A stretch of 63,626 bases of DNA from a virus. The stretch spans positions 1-63,626 of the IMG/VR virus record IMGVR_UViG_3300045988_147865. One strand, given 5' to 3'. Below the pieces are notes generated by a model. It saw nothing but the letters and a program-made list of their open reading frames with translations, was not told the DNA's origin and did no database searches. A program made the translations under genes and the position numbers. Below, in pieces: positions 1 through 8,414 of the stretch. Every line of letters begins with the position of its first letter. Position 1 is the first letter of the stretch.

Positions 1-75
1 ATCTTTCCCCTGAAACCCCTATAAAAGAAAACAAACAAAGAAAAGAGAAAGTCCACCCCCAAACACAAAAAAAAG
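1..75. repeat. Terminal direct repeat, copy 1 (identical to 63552..63626). Overlap of a circular or circularly permuted genome.
   Basis: 75/75 nt identity between the two window ends, read directly. Confidence 0.95.
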
Positions 76-740
76 AAAAAGAAAAAAAGTCGGGGGATGC
101 TGAAACTCAATTCTCGGAAGTGTTAAGGCTCTTCAATCGCCTCTTCCTGGGCACGCAAGTTAAGCCAATCTCGAAGATGACTCCCGACCGCAAGAAGCTA
201 GTCGCCAAGTTTATCTCTGATTACTCCTTTGAGGACATTGAGCCGATGCTTCGCAAGGCACTCGATTCCGACCTTCTATCCGGGCGCAAGGATGGTGGCT
301 GCTATATCTCCTTCAACTGGCTTTTCAATCCAAAGAACTACGAGCCTCTGATGGAAGGAACGTTCGACAACCCATCAGTTGAAGCCTCAGCCAGAAAGAA
401 GCCTCAGCCTTCAAGTTCTACACCATCTTCTTCTCCACAGCCTCAACACGAGGAAACCAACGAGGAAATTGAAGCTCGTCTCAAAAGGAAGGAAGAACGC
501 AAGAAGGAACTGGAGAAAGAACAGGCCGAAGCCTTACGCCAGAAGTATCTAGGCTGGATAGAAGCTGCCAAGAAGAACCCGGATGGTTCCATGGCACAGA
601 TGGTGAAAGATGCCTACAAGAATGGCACTTTAGCTAAACTGGGCATCGACTGGACACCACCTGTGGAAGATGAAACGAAAAACCTCCTCGACTTGGACGA
701 TAAGACACAAAACTATCTCCAGTCCATCCTCAGCGACTAA
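3..740 (+). CDS. Replication initiator/organizer, C-terminal part (continuation of 62906..63626 across the junction).
   Basis: Frame is open from nt 3 and in phase with 62906 through the 75-bp repeat. C-terminus (KLVAKFISDYSFEDIEPMLRKALDSDLLSGRKDGGCYISFNWLFNPKNYEPL) resembles the conserved C-terminal domain of phage replisome-organizer/DnaD-like proteins (recollection). Stop TAA at 738-740. Confidence 0.55.
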   Translation, partial: LSPETPIKENKQRKEKVHPQTQKKEKEKKSGDAETQFSEVLRLFNRLFLGTQVKPISKMTPDRKKLVAKFISDYSFEDIEPMLRKALDSDLLSGRKDGGCYISFNWLFNPKNYEPLMEGTFDNPSVEASARKKPQPSSSTPSSSPQPQHEETNEEIEARLKRKEERKKELEKEQAEALRQKYLGWIEAAKKNPDGSMAQMVKDAYKNGTLAKLGIDWTPPVEDETKNLLDLDDKTQNYLQSILSD

Positions 741-779
741 GTGCAAACATAAAGTGACAATTCAAAAATTCCAAAAGTT

Positions 780-1352
780 ATGGACAAACAAGAATTAATA
801 GACCGTCTCAACGGCAATTATCCCGAGTACACGCAAAAGCCTCAGCACAAGAAGGTGCAGCGTGAAGGTCAGTTGCAGATAGCCTGTGTACGATGGTTTC
901 GACTACAGTACCCAGCTTTCTCCACACTCCTCTTCCATCCCAAGAACGAGGCAGACGGTGCTACCAGTGGCAAGAAGCTAGCCATCAATGCAGCATCGGG
1001 CGTGGTCCCAGGCGTTCCCGACCTCATCCTTGCTCTCCCTTCCATGAAGGATGGCAAGACAGGCATCATCTACGAGAACCCAGAAGTTTACTTCGGCTTG
1101 GGCATCGAATTGAAGTATGGCAAGACCAACAACCAGTCTGCCAATCAGAAACGCTTTCAGGGCTATTGGCAGTGCGCTGGCTACAAGTACGCCCTCTGTC
1201 GTTCCCTCGAAGACTTCATCGAAGTGGTCAAGGCTTACATGCAAGCAGCCGAAGCCAACGCCTTCGAGAAAGTTCGCTCCTATCACCTCATCAATGATGA
1301 TACTGAGCACAACAAGCAGGTATTAAACAAAATCATTAAAAACAAGAAGTAA
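780..1352 (+). CDS. VRR-NUC family PD-(D/E)xK nuclease.
   Basis: 190-aa ORF with GVPDLILALP ... GLGIELKYGK ... SANQKRFQ, the pattern typical of VRR-NUC. Confidence 0.7.
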   Translation: MDKQELIDRLNGNYPEYTQKPQHKKVQREGQLQIACVRWFRLQYPAFSTLLFHPKNEADGATSGKKLAINAASGVVPGVPDLILALPSMKDGKTGIIYENPEVYFGLGIELKYGKTNNQSANQKRFQGYWQCAGYKYALCRSLEDFIEVVKAYMQAAEANAFEKVRSYHLINDDTEHNKQVLNKIIKNKK

Positions 1353-1353
1353 T

Positions 1354-1581
1354 ATGGAAATCGGATTTATCATCATCATGCTGTGCCTTGTAATGATGGC
1401 CAGCACATTCATCTATCTAGTTTACCACCATGGTCATCGCTCATGCAAGAACTGCAAGTTCTTCAAGCCTACAGCAAATAGTAAGTACAGCGGAACATGC
1501 AACGGCTTCGGTCATCATCGCTTCCACTGGGAATGTTGTGGGGAATGGAAACGTAAAACTACTAAGGAGGATGAACTATGA
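1354..1581 (+). CDS. Small membrane protein with a Cys/His-rich tail.
   Basis: 75 aa. N-terminal TM helix (IIIMLCLVMMASTFIYLV) then CKNCKF...CNGFGHH...CCGEW. Tightly packed between neighbouring genes. Confidence 0.5.
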   Translation: MEIGFIIIMLCLVMMASTFIYLVYHHGHRSCKNCKFFKPTANSKYSGTCNGFGHHRFHWECCGEWKRKTTKEDEL

Positions 1582-2237
1582 TAGGATATAAAAATGTAGA
1601 CGAACGGAAACTACTCGGACTGTTCTACTGCAAAGGAAGCCTCTCTGCAATGCCTCTTCTCAAAGACAACAAGGTTTTTGCTACTGATGGGCACAAGGCT
1701 ATCTACGTCAATGCAGAAGTCTGCCAAGGCGAGTATGAGAAAACCAAACGGTTTAACATCGAATTGCCACCTGAAGAGCAAGAACTGAATATTCCTCTGT
1801 TAAGCATACAGAAGGCATACGATTCTCTGCCAAAAGTAGAAACAGAGGAATATGATTCAGAAGATTGCAAAGAATGTAATGGTACAGGTTCTGTGGAATG
1901 GGAGTATCTAGACAAGAAAGGAAATACCCATTATAAAGATTTTGACTGTCCTTCCTGCGATGGTTTTGGTTTTTTCAAGCGAAATATCAGAAAATGCATT
2001 GAACCAGAATATAATGCAGTCATAGAACTGGATGGATTCTTTATTAATAATAGTCATATAAAAGCAATAATTGATGCTTTATTGCTTCTGGGTAAGGATC
2101 ACATTACACTTCTCTCAAAAGCTAAAAAAAATAGCGTGGTTTATGCATACTTCCGTATTGACGAGAGCATCACTATCGTAATCTCTCCGTATTGTAATTA
2201 CGATGAGGAAGATGCTGATGCAAAGGCTGAACTTTAA
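1578..2237 (+). CDS. Hypothetical protein with DnaJ-type zinc knuckles.
   Basis: 219 aa. ATGA overlap with the upstream gene. Motifs CKECNGTG and CPSCDGFG. Confidence 0.6.
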   Translation: MIGYKNVDERKLLGLFYCKGSLSAMPLLKDNKVFATDGHKAIYVNAEVCQGEYEKTKRFNIELPPEEQELNIPLLSIQKAYDSLPKVETEEYDSEDCKECNGTGSVEWEYLDKKGNTHYKDFDCPSCDGFGFFKRNIRKCIEPEYNAVIELDGFFINNSHIKAIIDALLLLGKDHITLLSKAKKNSVVYAYFRIDESITIVISPYCNYDEEDADAKAEL

Positions 2238-2249
2238 AATCATACATCT

Positions 2250-2816
2250 ATGGGCAATTACATCAAACAAAACCTGATGCAGCCAACGCCATCGGTTGCT
2301 GATCAGGAGGAAATGAGGATGTGCAAGTTCTGTGTACATAGCCACATCAGCGACCTCGGCTACAACCATTGCTGGAAGTCTGATAGTGCTAATTATAACC
2401 GAGATTCCCCTACAGGCGTCTGCTGGGCTTTCCGGGACAATCGAATATGGAAACCCTATTATTTCTCTAGACTCATGTCTAGCTACAGAGGGAATATCTG
2501 TTGGGTAAGACCGATTTACAGCTCTTCTAAAAAGAGGAAGAACCGTATTATTCAATACGAAATCATCGACCCAGTAGCCTCAACAATAGATAAAGTTTCC
2601 CCCAAGGAGTTTGCTAGGGATTACATTCCAGCCACTCCAGGCTCCAAGCCTCCACATACTATGAAGGAGTATGAGAAATGGGACACCTATTGTTTCGGTG
2701 GCTGTGATCCACAGCTTTCTGAAAAACAGGAGGCAAGAAATTATCATGAAGCCAACTGGCAGCAAATCCTTGCTCAGGAAGCAATAGACAAACAATTAAA
2801 ACAAGAAGCAATATGA
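2250..2816 (+). CDS. Hypothetical protein (Cys/His-rich N-terminus).
   Basis: 188-aa ORF, ATGA-coupled to the next gene. Confidence 0.55.
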   Translation: MGNYIKQNLMQPTPSVADQEEMRMCKFCVHSHISDLGYNHCWKSDSANYNRDSPTGVCWAFRDNRIWKPYYFSRLMSSYRGNICWVRPIYSSSKKRKNRIIQYEIIDPVASTIDKVSPKEFARDYIPATPGSKPPHTMKEYEKWDTYCFGGCDPQLSEKQEARNYHEANWQQILAQEAIDKQLKQEAI

Positions 2817-3283
2817 AGAAAAGGATTTTAGACATGTGCTGTGGCTCTCGAATGTTCTATTTCGATAAACATGACCCAAATGTTCTCTTCACAGACATAA
2901 GAGAGTATCACGACACATTATGTGATGGACGCAAGCTAGACGTGCAACCAGATATGATAGCCGATTGCACTGCCTTGCCATTCGAAGATGAAACGTTTAA
3001 TATGGTAGTATTCGACCCTCCTCATCTGTTAAAGGTAGGTCCTAACTCCTGGTTATGCAAGAAGTATGGCAAACTGCCCGAAAATTAGCAAGCGTTCATC
3101 AATGACTCTATCCACGAGGGCATGAGAGTGCTGAAAACAAACGGAACGCTCATTTTTAAGTGGAACGAGCAACAGATAAAGGTAGGTGAAGTACTAAAGG
3201 CAATTAAAGATTACAAACCTATATTCGGACATCGTACCACCATCAAGAACCAAACAATATGGATGGCATTCATGAAATGGTAG
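2813..3283 (+). CDS. Small SAM-dependent DNA methyltransferase (DPPH type, N6A/N4C-like) interrupted by an in-frame TAG at 3086-3088.
   Basis: LDMCCGS (motif I-like) and VVFDPPH (motif IV) lie upstream of the TAG. The same frame continues for 64 codons (EGMRVLKTNGTLIFKWNEQQ...) to TAG 3281-3283. Confidence 0.6.
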
Positions 3284-3310
3284 CGATAGAAGTTGCTCCC
3301 ACTTAGTCCC

Positions 3311-3337
3311 CGTTCCCAGCGATTCTATCGCTGGTCC
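3311..3337 (+). promoter_or_regulatory. Conserved hairpin family, copy a (CGTTCC + 8-bp stem + TCT loop).
   Basis: ccagcgat/TCT/atcgctgg at 3316..3334, preceded by CGTTCC. Same architecture as 11727, 11859 and 31457. Confidence 0.6.
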
Positions 3338-3369
3338 CATAAAAAAAAGTAAAATATCAAAGCAAGAAT

Positions 3370-3849
3370 ATGGAAAAGACTATTTATATACCAGGTGATT
3401 TGGTTATGACCAACGGCATTCCTATCGGAACCAAAAAGGGCATCGTTTACCAGGTCACAGAAAGTAATGCTGATAAATATGCAAAAGTGAAAGATGGAAA
3501 TGCATTCACAGAACTGAAAGGTTCCGTCACTCTTTCCAACTTAAAAGGAAAAACCATTAAAGATGATGGATTCCTATTTTGTGATAGTGGTGCATGGGTG
3601 AAGGATATTGTTCCTATCCCTCTCACTCCTTCCATCCTAGAAAAGAACGGATGGAAGAATGATGGTTATGATTGTTATAAGTTGCCAACAAAAAGAGCTT
3701 ATCTGTATATAGAAAAAGATACAAAAGTGAATGATGAGTTCTTAGTGTGTGTTAGTTTAGAAATGAACAACTTGGCAAGTGTTAGCTTCGTTCACGAACT
3801 TCAACACCTTCTTTACGGATTGAAAATCAACTCAGAAATGGAGATATAA
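3370..3849 (+). CDS. Hypothetical protein.
   Basis: 159-aa ORF starting after an intergenic gap. No recognisable motif. Confidence 0.55.
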   Translation: MEKTIYIPGDLVMTNGIPIGTKKGIVYQVTESNADKYAKVKDGNAFTELKGSVTLSNLKGKTIKDDGFLFCDSGAWVKDIVPIPLTPSILEKNGWKNDGYDCYKLPTKRAYLYIEKDTKVNDEFLVCVSLEMNNLASVSFVHELQHLLYGLKINSEMEI

Positions 3850-3853
3850 GCGT

Positions 3854-4186
3854 ATGACAAAGGAAGAATATGAAGAAATGCGTAACACCATCGACTCCGT
3901 ACGCGGATACTTCTACTCCATCGAAGAGCTAACCAAGGTCAGAGATCTCGTACAAGAAGTTGATGCATCAAACGACATTACTATACTAGAAAGCCCTGTA
4001 AAGTTTGAAATATTCATCCAGGGAATGTGCAGTGATACAAACGGAGACATCACCAAGTATCTCGATGCAGAAGCAATCAGCTACATCAGAAGTGCCATCC
4101 TCCGAAGATTAAATAGACGTATCGCATTCTTCGAAAATCAGATAGAAAACATTAATTACACCAAACGTAAAACAAAGAAAAAGTAA
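3854..4186 (+). CDS. Hypothetical protein.
   Basis: 110-aa ORF, tightly packed. Confidence 0.55.
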   Translation: MTKEEYEEMRNTIDSVRGYFYSIEELTKVRDLVQEVDASNDITILESPVKFEIFIQGMCSDTNGDITKYLDAEAISYIRSAILRRLNRRIAFFENQIENINYTKRKTKKK

Positions 4187-4434
4187 TGAAGATAAAAATA
4201 ATCAAACCAACAAAGTGCGCTCAGGATGTTCACGAAACGACAAAATATCCACGCCCATGGTTTAAGCCGAAGCCAGAGCTTCCAGCAGGTACGATTTTGG
4301 AGGTGAGTGATGTATGGTTGAATTTCTATGGTCAATATTATCGCTGTCAATTGCCAGAAGAAATGAAAGATAAAGGCTATTCTCTTCCATGGTACGACAT
4401 CCCAATAGAGAATGCTGAAATATATAAAAGTTAA
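4186..4434 (+). CDS. Hypothetical protein.
   Basis: 82-aa ORF. Its start overlaps the upstream stop (TAATG). Confidence 0.5.
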   Translation: MKIKIIKPTKCAQDVHETTKYPRPWFKPKPELPAGTILEVSDVWLNFYGQYYRCQLPEEMKDKGYSLPWYDIPIENAEIYKS

Positions 4435-4452
4435 ATTTAAATCATAACAATT

Positions 4453-5139
4453 ATGGCTGTAGTAAATGTAGATTATTCAGAGTTCGAAACCTTGAAGAAT
4501 CGAGTAAAGGAATTAGAAGAGACCGTCAAAGAGAAGGATAAGACCATTGCGTCCCTCAAAGACGGTTCCAGAGTCATCATCCGCAAGGAAGTGCAAGTAG
4601 AGTATGAGAGATACCGTGACCCATTCTACGAAATGGGTGGCATTGACAAAGACCCTTTGTATTCACAAGATGATAAGCCAAGACGCACTGTTGAGACCTC
4701 TGAGTCTTACCTTGGATTTGAAGATGTACGCTTGCAGGTTGAGAATCGAATGAAAGACGAGATAAACCGTAGCATCAAGCAGCGAGACGCTGCACGCGAA
4801 GATTACGAATCCCGTATTGAAAGATACAATAAGAAAGAAAAAGAGTTGGATGACAAGGAAAAGTCTCTCAAAGATATGTACGCCAATAAGGAAGCAGCTC
4901 TCATTTCTGAATATAAGGAGAAGGAAGAAGCACTTGAAGCAGCCTATCTAGACAAAGGCAAGGCGTATAAGCGACAATTAGAAGCGGATTATAAAAGTTA
5001 CAAAAATAGAGCTGGCTACTTGTCATCCATCTACGATAATGCAAAAGAAGCCCTGTCTCTCCTCAATGCCAATCGCTTCTTCAAACCAAAGGGTGTTGAA
5101 AGTATTCTAGCACAGATAATTCAAAAGTGTGAACAATAA
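4453..5139 (+). CDS. Hypothetical coiled-coil protein.
   Basis: 228 aa with E/K-rich heptad-like stretches. Confidence 0.55.
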   Translation: MAVVNVDYSEFETLKNRVKELEETVKEKDKTIASLKDGSRVIIRKEVQVEYERYRDPFYEMGGIDKDPLYSQDDKPRRTVETSESYLGFEDVRLQVENRMKDEINRSIKQRDAAREDYESRIERYNKKEKELDDKEKSLKDMYANKEAALISEYKEKEEALEAAYLDKGKAYKRQLEADYKSYKNRAGYLSSIYDNAKEALSLLNANRFFKPKGVESILAQIIQKCEQ

Positions 5140-5150
5140 AAAATACAATT

Positions 5151-5831
5151 ATGGAAGTAACAATAACATTAATTATCTGCCTCAGCGTGGTCTTTATTAT
5201 CACGCTAGGCATCGTCTCTTGCACGTTAAGAGACAAGAACTTCAAAGTTCGCTTTGATGACAGGAACAAGCGTTTAAGTCGAATTATTCAAGAGCAGCGT
5301 GATGAACTTATCAAATACAGAGAGGCTATCAAGAAAAATGATGCCAATCTAGAAAAATCTCTAGAGGTGTTAGCTTCTGCTTCCGATACGGTCAACAAAA
5401 AAATATCTCGCTTGAAAGATACGGAAGAACTTCTAGCAAGGCTCAAGGCAGAAATTGCAGATTTCAATTTGGGACAAGATAAGTCTTTAAAGAAAACAGA
5501 TGAAACTATTCGTTCATTCTCCTCATTCGTAAAGAAAATTAATGATGATAATGTGAGATTATTTCAGCACTTTGAGGAACGTCTTGTCAGTCGTCCTTCC
5601 TACCTCTCCCCAGTAGAGAAGAAGCATTTTAAGAAATACATGCAATCATGTGCTAGAGGCTATACATTTATTAGCAATATGCCAAACAAAATGGACTTAG
5701 ATTTTGTTCGTGTTGAAGATGTAGATAAAGCACTTGAATTTGTAGGTAGAGACCAATGGGATTCATTATACATTAAATGCCCATCAGAAAAAGAATATGC
5801 AAATGGACAGAATACAGAACGAAATCAGTAA
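5151..5831 (+). CDS. Hypothetical membrane-anchored coiled-coil protein.
   Basis: 226 aa. N-terminal TM (TITLIICLSVVFIITLGIVSC) followed by coiled coil. Confidence 0.55.
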   Translation: MEVTITLIICLSVVFIITLGIVSCTLRDKNFKVRFDDRNKRLSRIIQEQRDELIKYREAIKKNDANLEKSLEVLASASDTVNKKISRLKDTEELLARLKAEIADFNLGQDKSLKKTDETIRSFSSFVKKINDDNVRLFQHFEERLVSRPSYLSPVEKKHFKKYMQSCARGYTFISNMPNKMDLDFVRVEDVDKALEFVGRDQWDSLYIKCPSEKEYANGQNTERNQ

Positions 5832-6033
5832 ACTTCGTCATGAGCAGCATTTGCATGAAAGACTGCAAGAAGCCCAACTTCGACAGATAAAGCGTGAGCA
5901 CGATGGTCTTCACAAGTGGATTACCATTAAGCCAAATCTCAGGCTCCTCTGCCGGTTAGACGAACATGGCAAACTCCTCCCTATAGAACAGGAGCGCATC
6001 AATAAGATTAAGAAAACATTAGGCATCAAGTAA
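5797..6033 (+). CDS. Hypothetical protein.
   Basis: 78-aa ORF overlapping the upstream gene by 35 nt. Confidence 0.4.
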   Translation: MQMDRIQNEISKLRHEQHLHERLQEAQLRQIKREHDGLHKWITIKPNLRLLCRLDEHGKLLPIEQERINKIKKTLGIK

Positions 6034-6034
6034 T

Positions 6035-6610
6035 ATGAGTGAACAGGCAGCCCTCGCATTTCGTAAGCTAGTAGCTTCTATGCGAACATTAGAAAAGCAG
6101 TATTGGGCACGCAGAGATAAAGGCATCCTACGCCAATCCATTGAACTGGAAAAGCGAGTTGACGATACCATCATGAAGGTTGAACCCAAAAACGTACCTC
6201 AAACTGACAATGGGAACTTCTTTATCCTGGTAGCTGAACTTCGTGTGGCAACTAAGCAGTATTTCTCTGAGAAGAAGAAGCCTGAGCCTGACAAAGAACT
6301 GGTGAAGACTCTCTTTAATACCATCAAGGAGAAAGAATCAAAGATTGATAAGCAACTCATCCATTTTCAGGAAGAAGACTTTCGCAAACAAGGCTACACC
6401 ATTCAGTACCACGTCATGGAACGGCCATACAAATGCCCTCCTCATAGCCTCTTCCAGTCAACTGATGAAGAACTGGCGAATGTGATGTTTAATGATTACT
6501 TACGAAATCCCTCACCCGGTACAATGATCTTCAGGATGAAAAAGTATATCGGCAAGGATGGAAAACCTCTCTCAGACGAAGAAATCAATAAAATATTGTA
6601 TAACAAATAA
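6035..6610 (+). CDS. Hypothetical protein.
   Basis: 191-aa ORF, tightly packed. Confidence 0.55.
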   Translation: MSEQAALAFRKLVASMRTLEKQYWARRDKGILRQSIELEKRVDDTIMKVEPKNVPQTDNGNFFILVAELRVATKQYFSEKKKPEPDKELVKTLFNTIKEKESKIDKQLIHFQEEDFRKQGYTIQYHVMERPYKCPPHSLFQSTDEELANVMFNDYLRNPSPGTMIFRMKKYIGKDGKPLSDEEINKILYNK

Positions 6611-6622
6611 AAACAAAGAATT

Positions 6623-7204
6623 ATGAAAAAATCAGAAAAGAAAGAAGAGTCTGCACAAAATGTTGCAGCCAAAGTAAACGAAGCAACAGAAAAAATCATC
6701 GGCACAGGTAATTTTCAATCTCTCCGCTCTCGCTCCTCAACCTGGTTTGAGTGCAAAGTGAGATACGAAAAAACACGTGAAGATGGCTCCGAAAAAATGA
6801 CAACGGAACTCTACACAGTAGATGCTCTCTCTTTCACCGAGGCAGAAGCTAAAATCGTTGAAGAAATGGCAGTGTACGTATCAGGCGAACTGAAGGTAGC
6901 TAATATCAACAGAGCTGCCTATGGAGAAATCTTCTTCTCTGACATCTGCGATGATGATCTCTGGTTCAAGGCTCGTCTTGCCTTCATCACCATTGATGAG
7001 AAGAGTGAAAAGGAGAAACGTTCCTACGTTACCTATCTCGTACAGGCAAAGAGTCTTGAACGTGCTCGCCGCTATATTGATGAGGTGATGGGTAAAACCA
7101 TGATAGATTACGAGGTCAAAGGCCTCAACGAGACTAATATTATGGATGTTTTCGAACATAAATCATCTTCTGACGAGAAAAAGGATGAGAAGTCCGAAAA
7201 ATAA
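6623..7204 (+). CDS. Hypothetical protein, possibly DUF4494-like.
   Basis: 193 aa. WFECKVRYEK...SFTEAEAKIVEE...YLVQA pattern recalls a Bacteroidota DUF family (recollection, unverified). K/E/S-rich tail. Confidence 0.5.
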   Translation: MKKSEKKEESAQNVAAKVNEATEKIIGTGNFQSLRSRSSTWFECKVRYEKTREDGSEKMTTELYTVDALSFTEAEAKIVEEMAVYVSGELKVANINRAAYGEIFFSDICDDDLWFKARLAFITIDEKSEKEKRSYVTYLVQAKSLERARRYIDEVMGKTMIDYEVKGLNETNIMDVFEHKSSSDEKKDEKSEK

Positions 7205-7212
7205 GTAGTAAT

Positions 7213-7251
7213 CTTGCGCATTTCGGTCTACTATGACCGAAGTTGCGCAAG
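7213..7251 (+). terminator. Long hairpin after the early block (about 16-bp arms).
   Basis: cttgcgcatttcggtc (7213-7228) pairs with gaccgaagttgcgcaag (7235-7251). The 3' arm overlaps the late motif. Confidence 0.5.
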
Positions 7252-7258
7252 TTATCAC
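7242..7258 (+). promoter_or_regulatory. Late-operon motif, copy 1 (GTTGCGCAAGTTATCAC), 62-78 nt upstream of ATG 7320.
   Basis: Same 17-22 nt motif, sense-oriented, as upstream of the 15006, 28180, 34176 and 52368 operon starts. Confidence 0.55.
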
Positions 7259-7319
7259 TTTTTATCCTCATTTTTCTCGTACCTTTACCCACATTATTAA
7301 TATATAACATCAATCATAT

Positions 7320-7652
7320 ATGAAAAAGTTGAAACGTTTAATCATTTACCTACGCCTCTGGTTTATCCGCCAGATGGGGTACAATCTCCCATCCCTCCGT
7401 GAGGCTACCTTTATCGTTCCCGGTCAACTCTATGACCACTTTGGCCGTGTTGTCAGGGCAGTACCAAGTAAGATGCCTGCAACTGATAATGGAGACAGCA
7501 AAGAGCAGGAAGAAGTGCCTGAACATTGCCTTCAGTGCGATCTGTACAACAAGCATATCCCTTGCTCCTTCAATCATCAGATGGCAAACGGAAACGACAT
7601 CTGCGAGAATCATCATTTTGAAATCATCTGCCTCAACACTGGCAACATTTAA
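7320..7652 (+). CDS. Hypothetical Cys/His-rich protein.
   Basis: 110-aa ORF, first gene behind late motif copy 1. Confidence 0.5.
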   Translation: MKKLKRLIIYLRLWFIRQMGYNLPSLREATFIVPGQLYDHFGRVVRAVPSKMPATDNGDSKEQEEVPEHCLQCDLYNKHIPCSFNHQMANGNDICENHHFEIICLNTGNI

Positions 7653-7664
7653 AGACTACTCATT

Positions 7665-8414
7665 ATGGAAAAGCAAAAAACAAGATACAAACTTGATAAG
7701 AAAACTGGTCATCTTCTGGAAATACCTTCTAAGAAGCAGGTTCGTGAAAACGTTAAGAAGATTCGTGAGCAAAAGGGAAAAGATCAGTTGCCTCAATCTC
7801 CGGTCACTATTCATGAGACTCAGGCAGAGAAAAACTTCAAAAAGGTCCAGAAGGTCATCGACCGCATGCACGCCAAGGCGAAACTGCCTGATTTTCTCTC
7901 CATGGCTCGCCACAAGTTCCTCTCGACCGTCTGTGTCATCAATAAGCCGGGCAAACAGCGTAGCCTACTTCCTGATAAGAAAGGCCGCTTCGTCATGCTT
8001 TGCCATCGCAAGATGGCTAAAGTTTTCACGGCTGATGTTTGCCTTCTCGTTAAGATTCAGAAGTCCATCATCACGAAACATGAAATGGCACCAGGTGGAG
8101 TAGAGACCACAGAGCATTGGCAGGATGGTAGCTGGAGCATCGTTCCATGCCGGGCAGACAAGAGTAATTACACCACCATTCAGGAGGTCCGTCTTCGTCC
8201 ATGGTTCTTTCTCCACCGCTACTGGTATGAGATTTCCTTCGATGGCAGAGTAGAGCCAGCTATGATGCTGAACGATTACGGCCTCAACCCTACTCTTAGC
8301 AAGAAGCATTTCTATGTTACCAGAGAATACGTCAAAGTACGAAACCAGGACGCCGAAAACGATTATTTCCGTTTCTGGCTCCATAAACCTGCAAATCATG
8401 AAGCTAACAAATGA
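7665..8414 (+). CDS. Hypothetical protein.
   Basis: 249-aa ORF with a basic N-terminus. Confidence 0.55.
   Translation: MEKQKTRYKLDKKTGHLLEIPSKKQVRENVKKIREQKGKDQLPQSPVTIHETQAEKNFKKVQKVIDRMHAKAKLPDFLSMARHKFLSTVCVINKPGKQRSLLPDKKGRFVMLCHRKMAKVFTADVCLLVKIQKSIITKHEMAPGGVETTEHWQDGSWSIVPCRADKSNYTTIQEVRLRPWFFLHRYWYEISFDGRVEPAMMLNDYGLNPTLSKKHFYVTREYVKVRNQDAENDYFRFWLHKPANHEANK

Noticed and set aside
869-1326. Several 66-134 aa alternative-frame and antisense ORFs inside the VRR-NUC gene.
   Set aside because: They are nested within an ORF that has a clear nuclease motif, and their composition is P/R/S-rich shadow-frame noise.
7399-8103. A 234-aa + strand ORF overlapping 7320..7652 and 7665..8414 in another frame.
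   Set aside because: The translation is R/S/L-rich and low in complexity. It straddles two better-packed ORFs that have clean starts.
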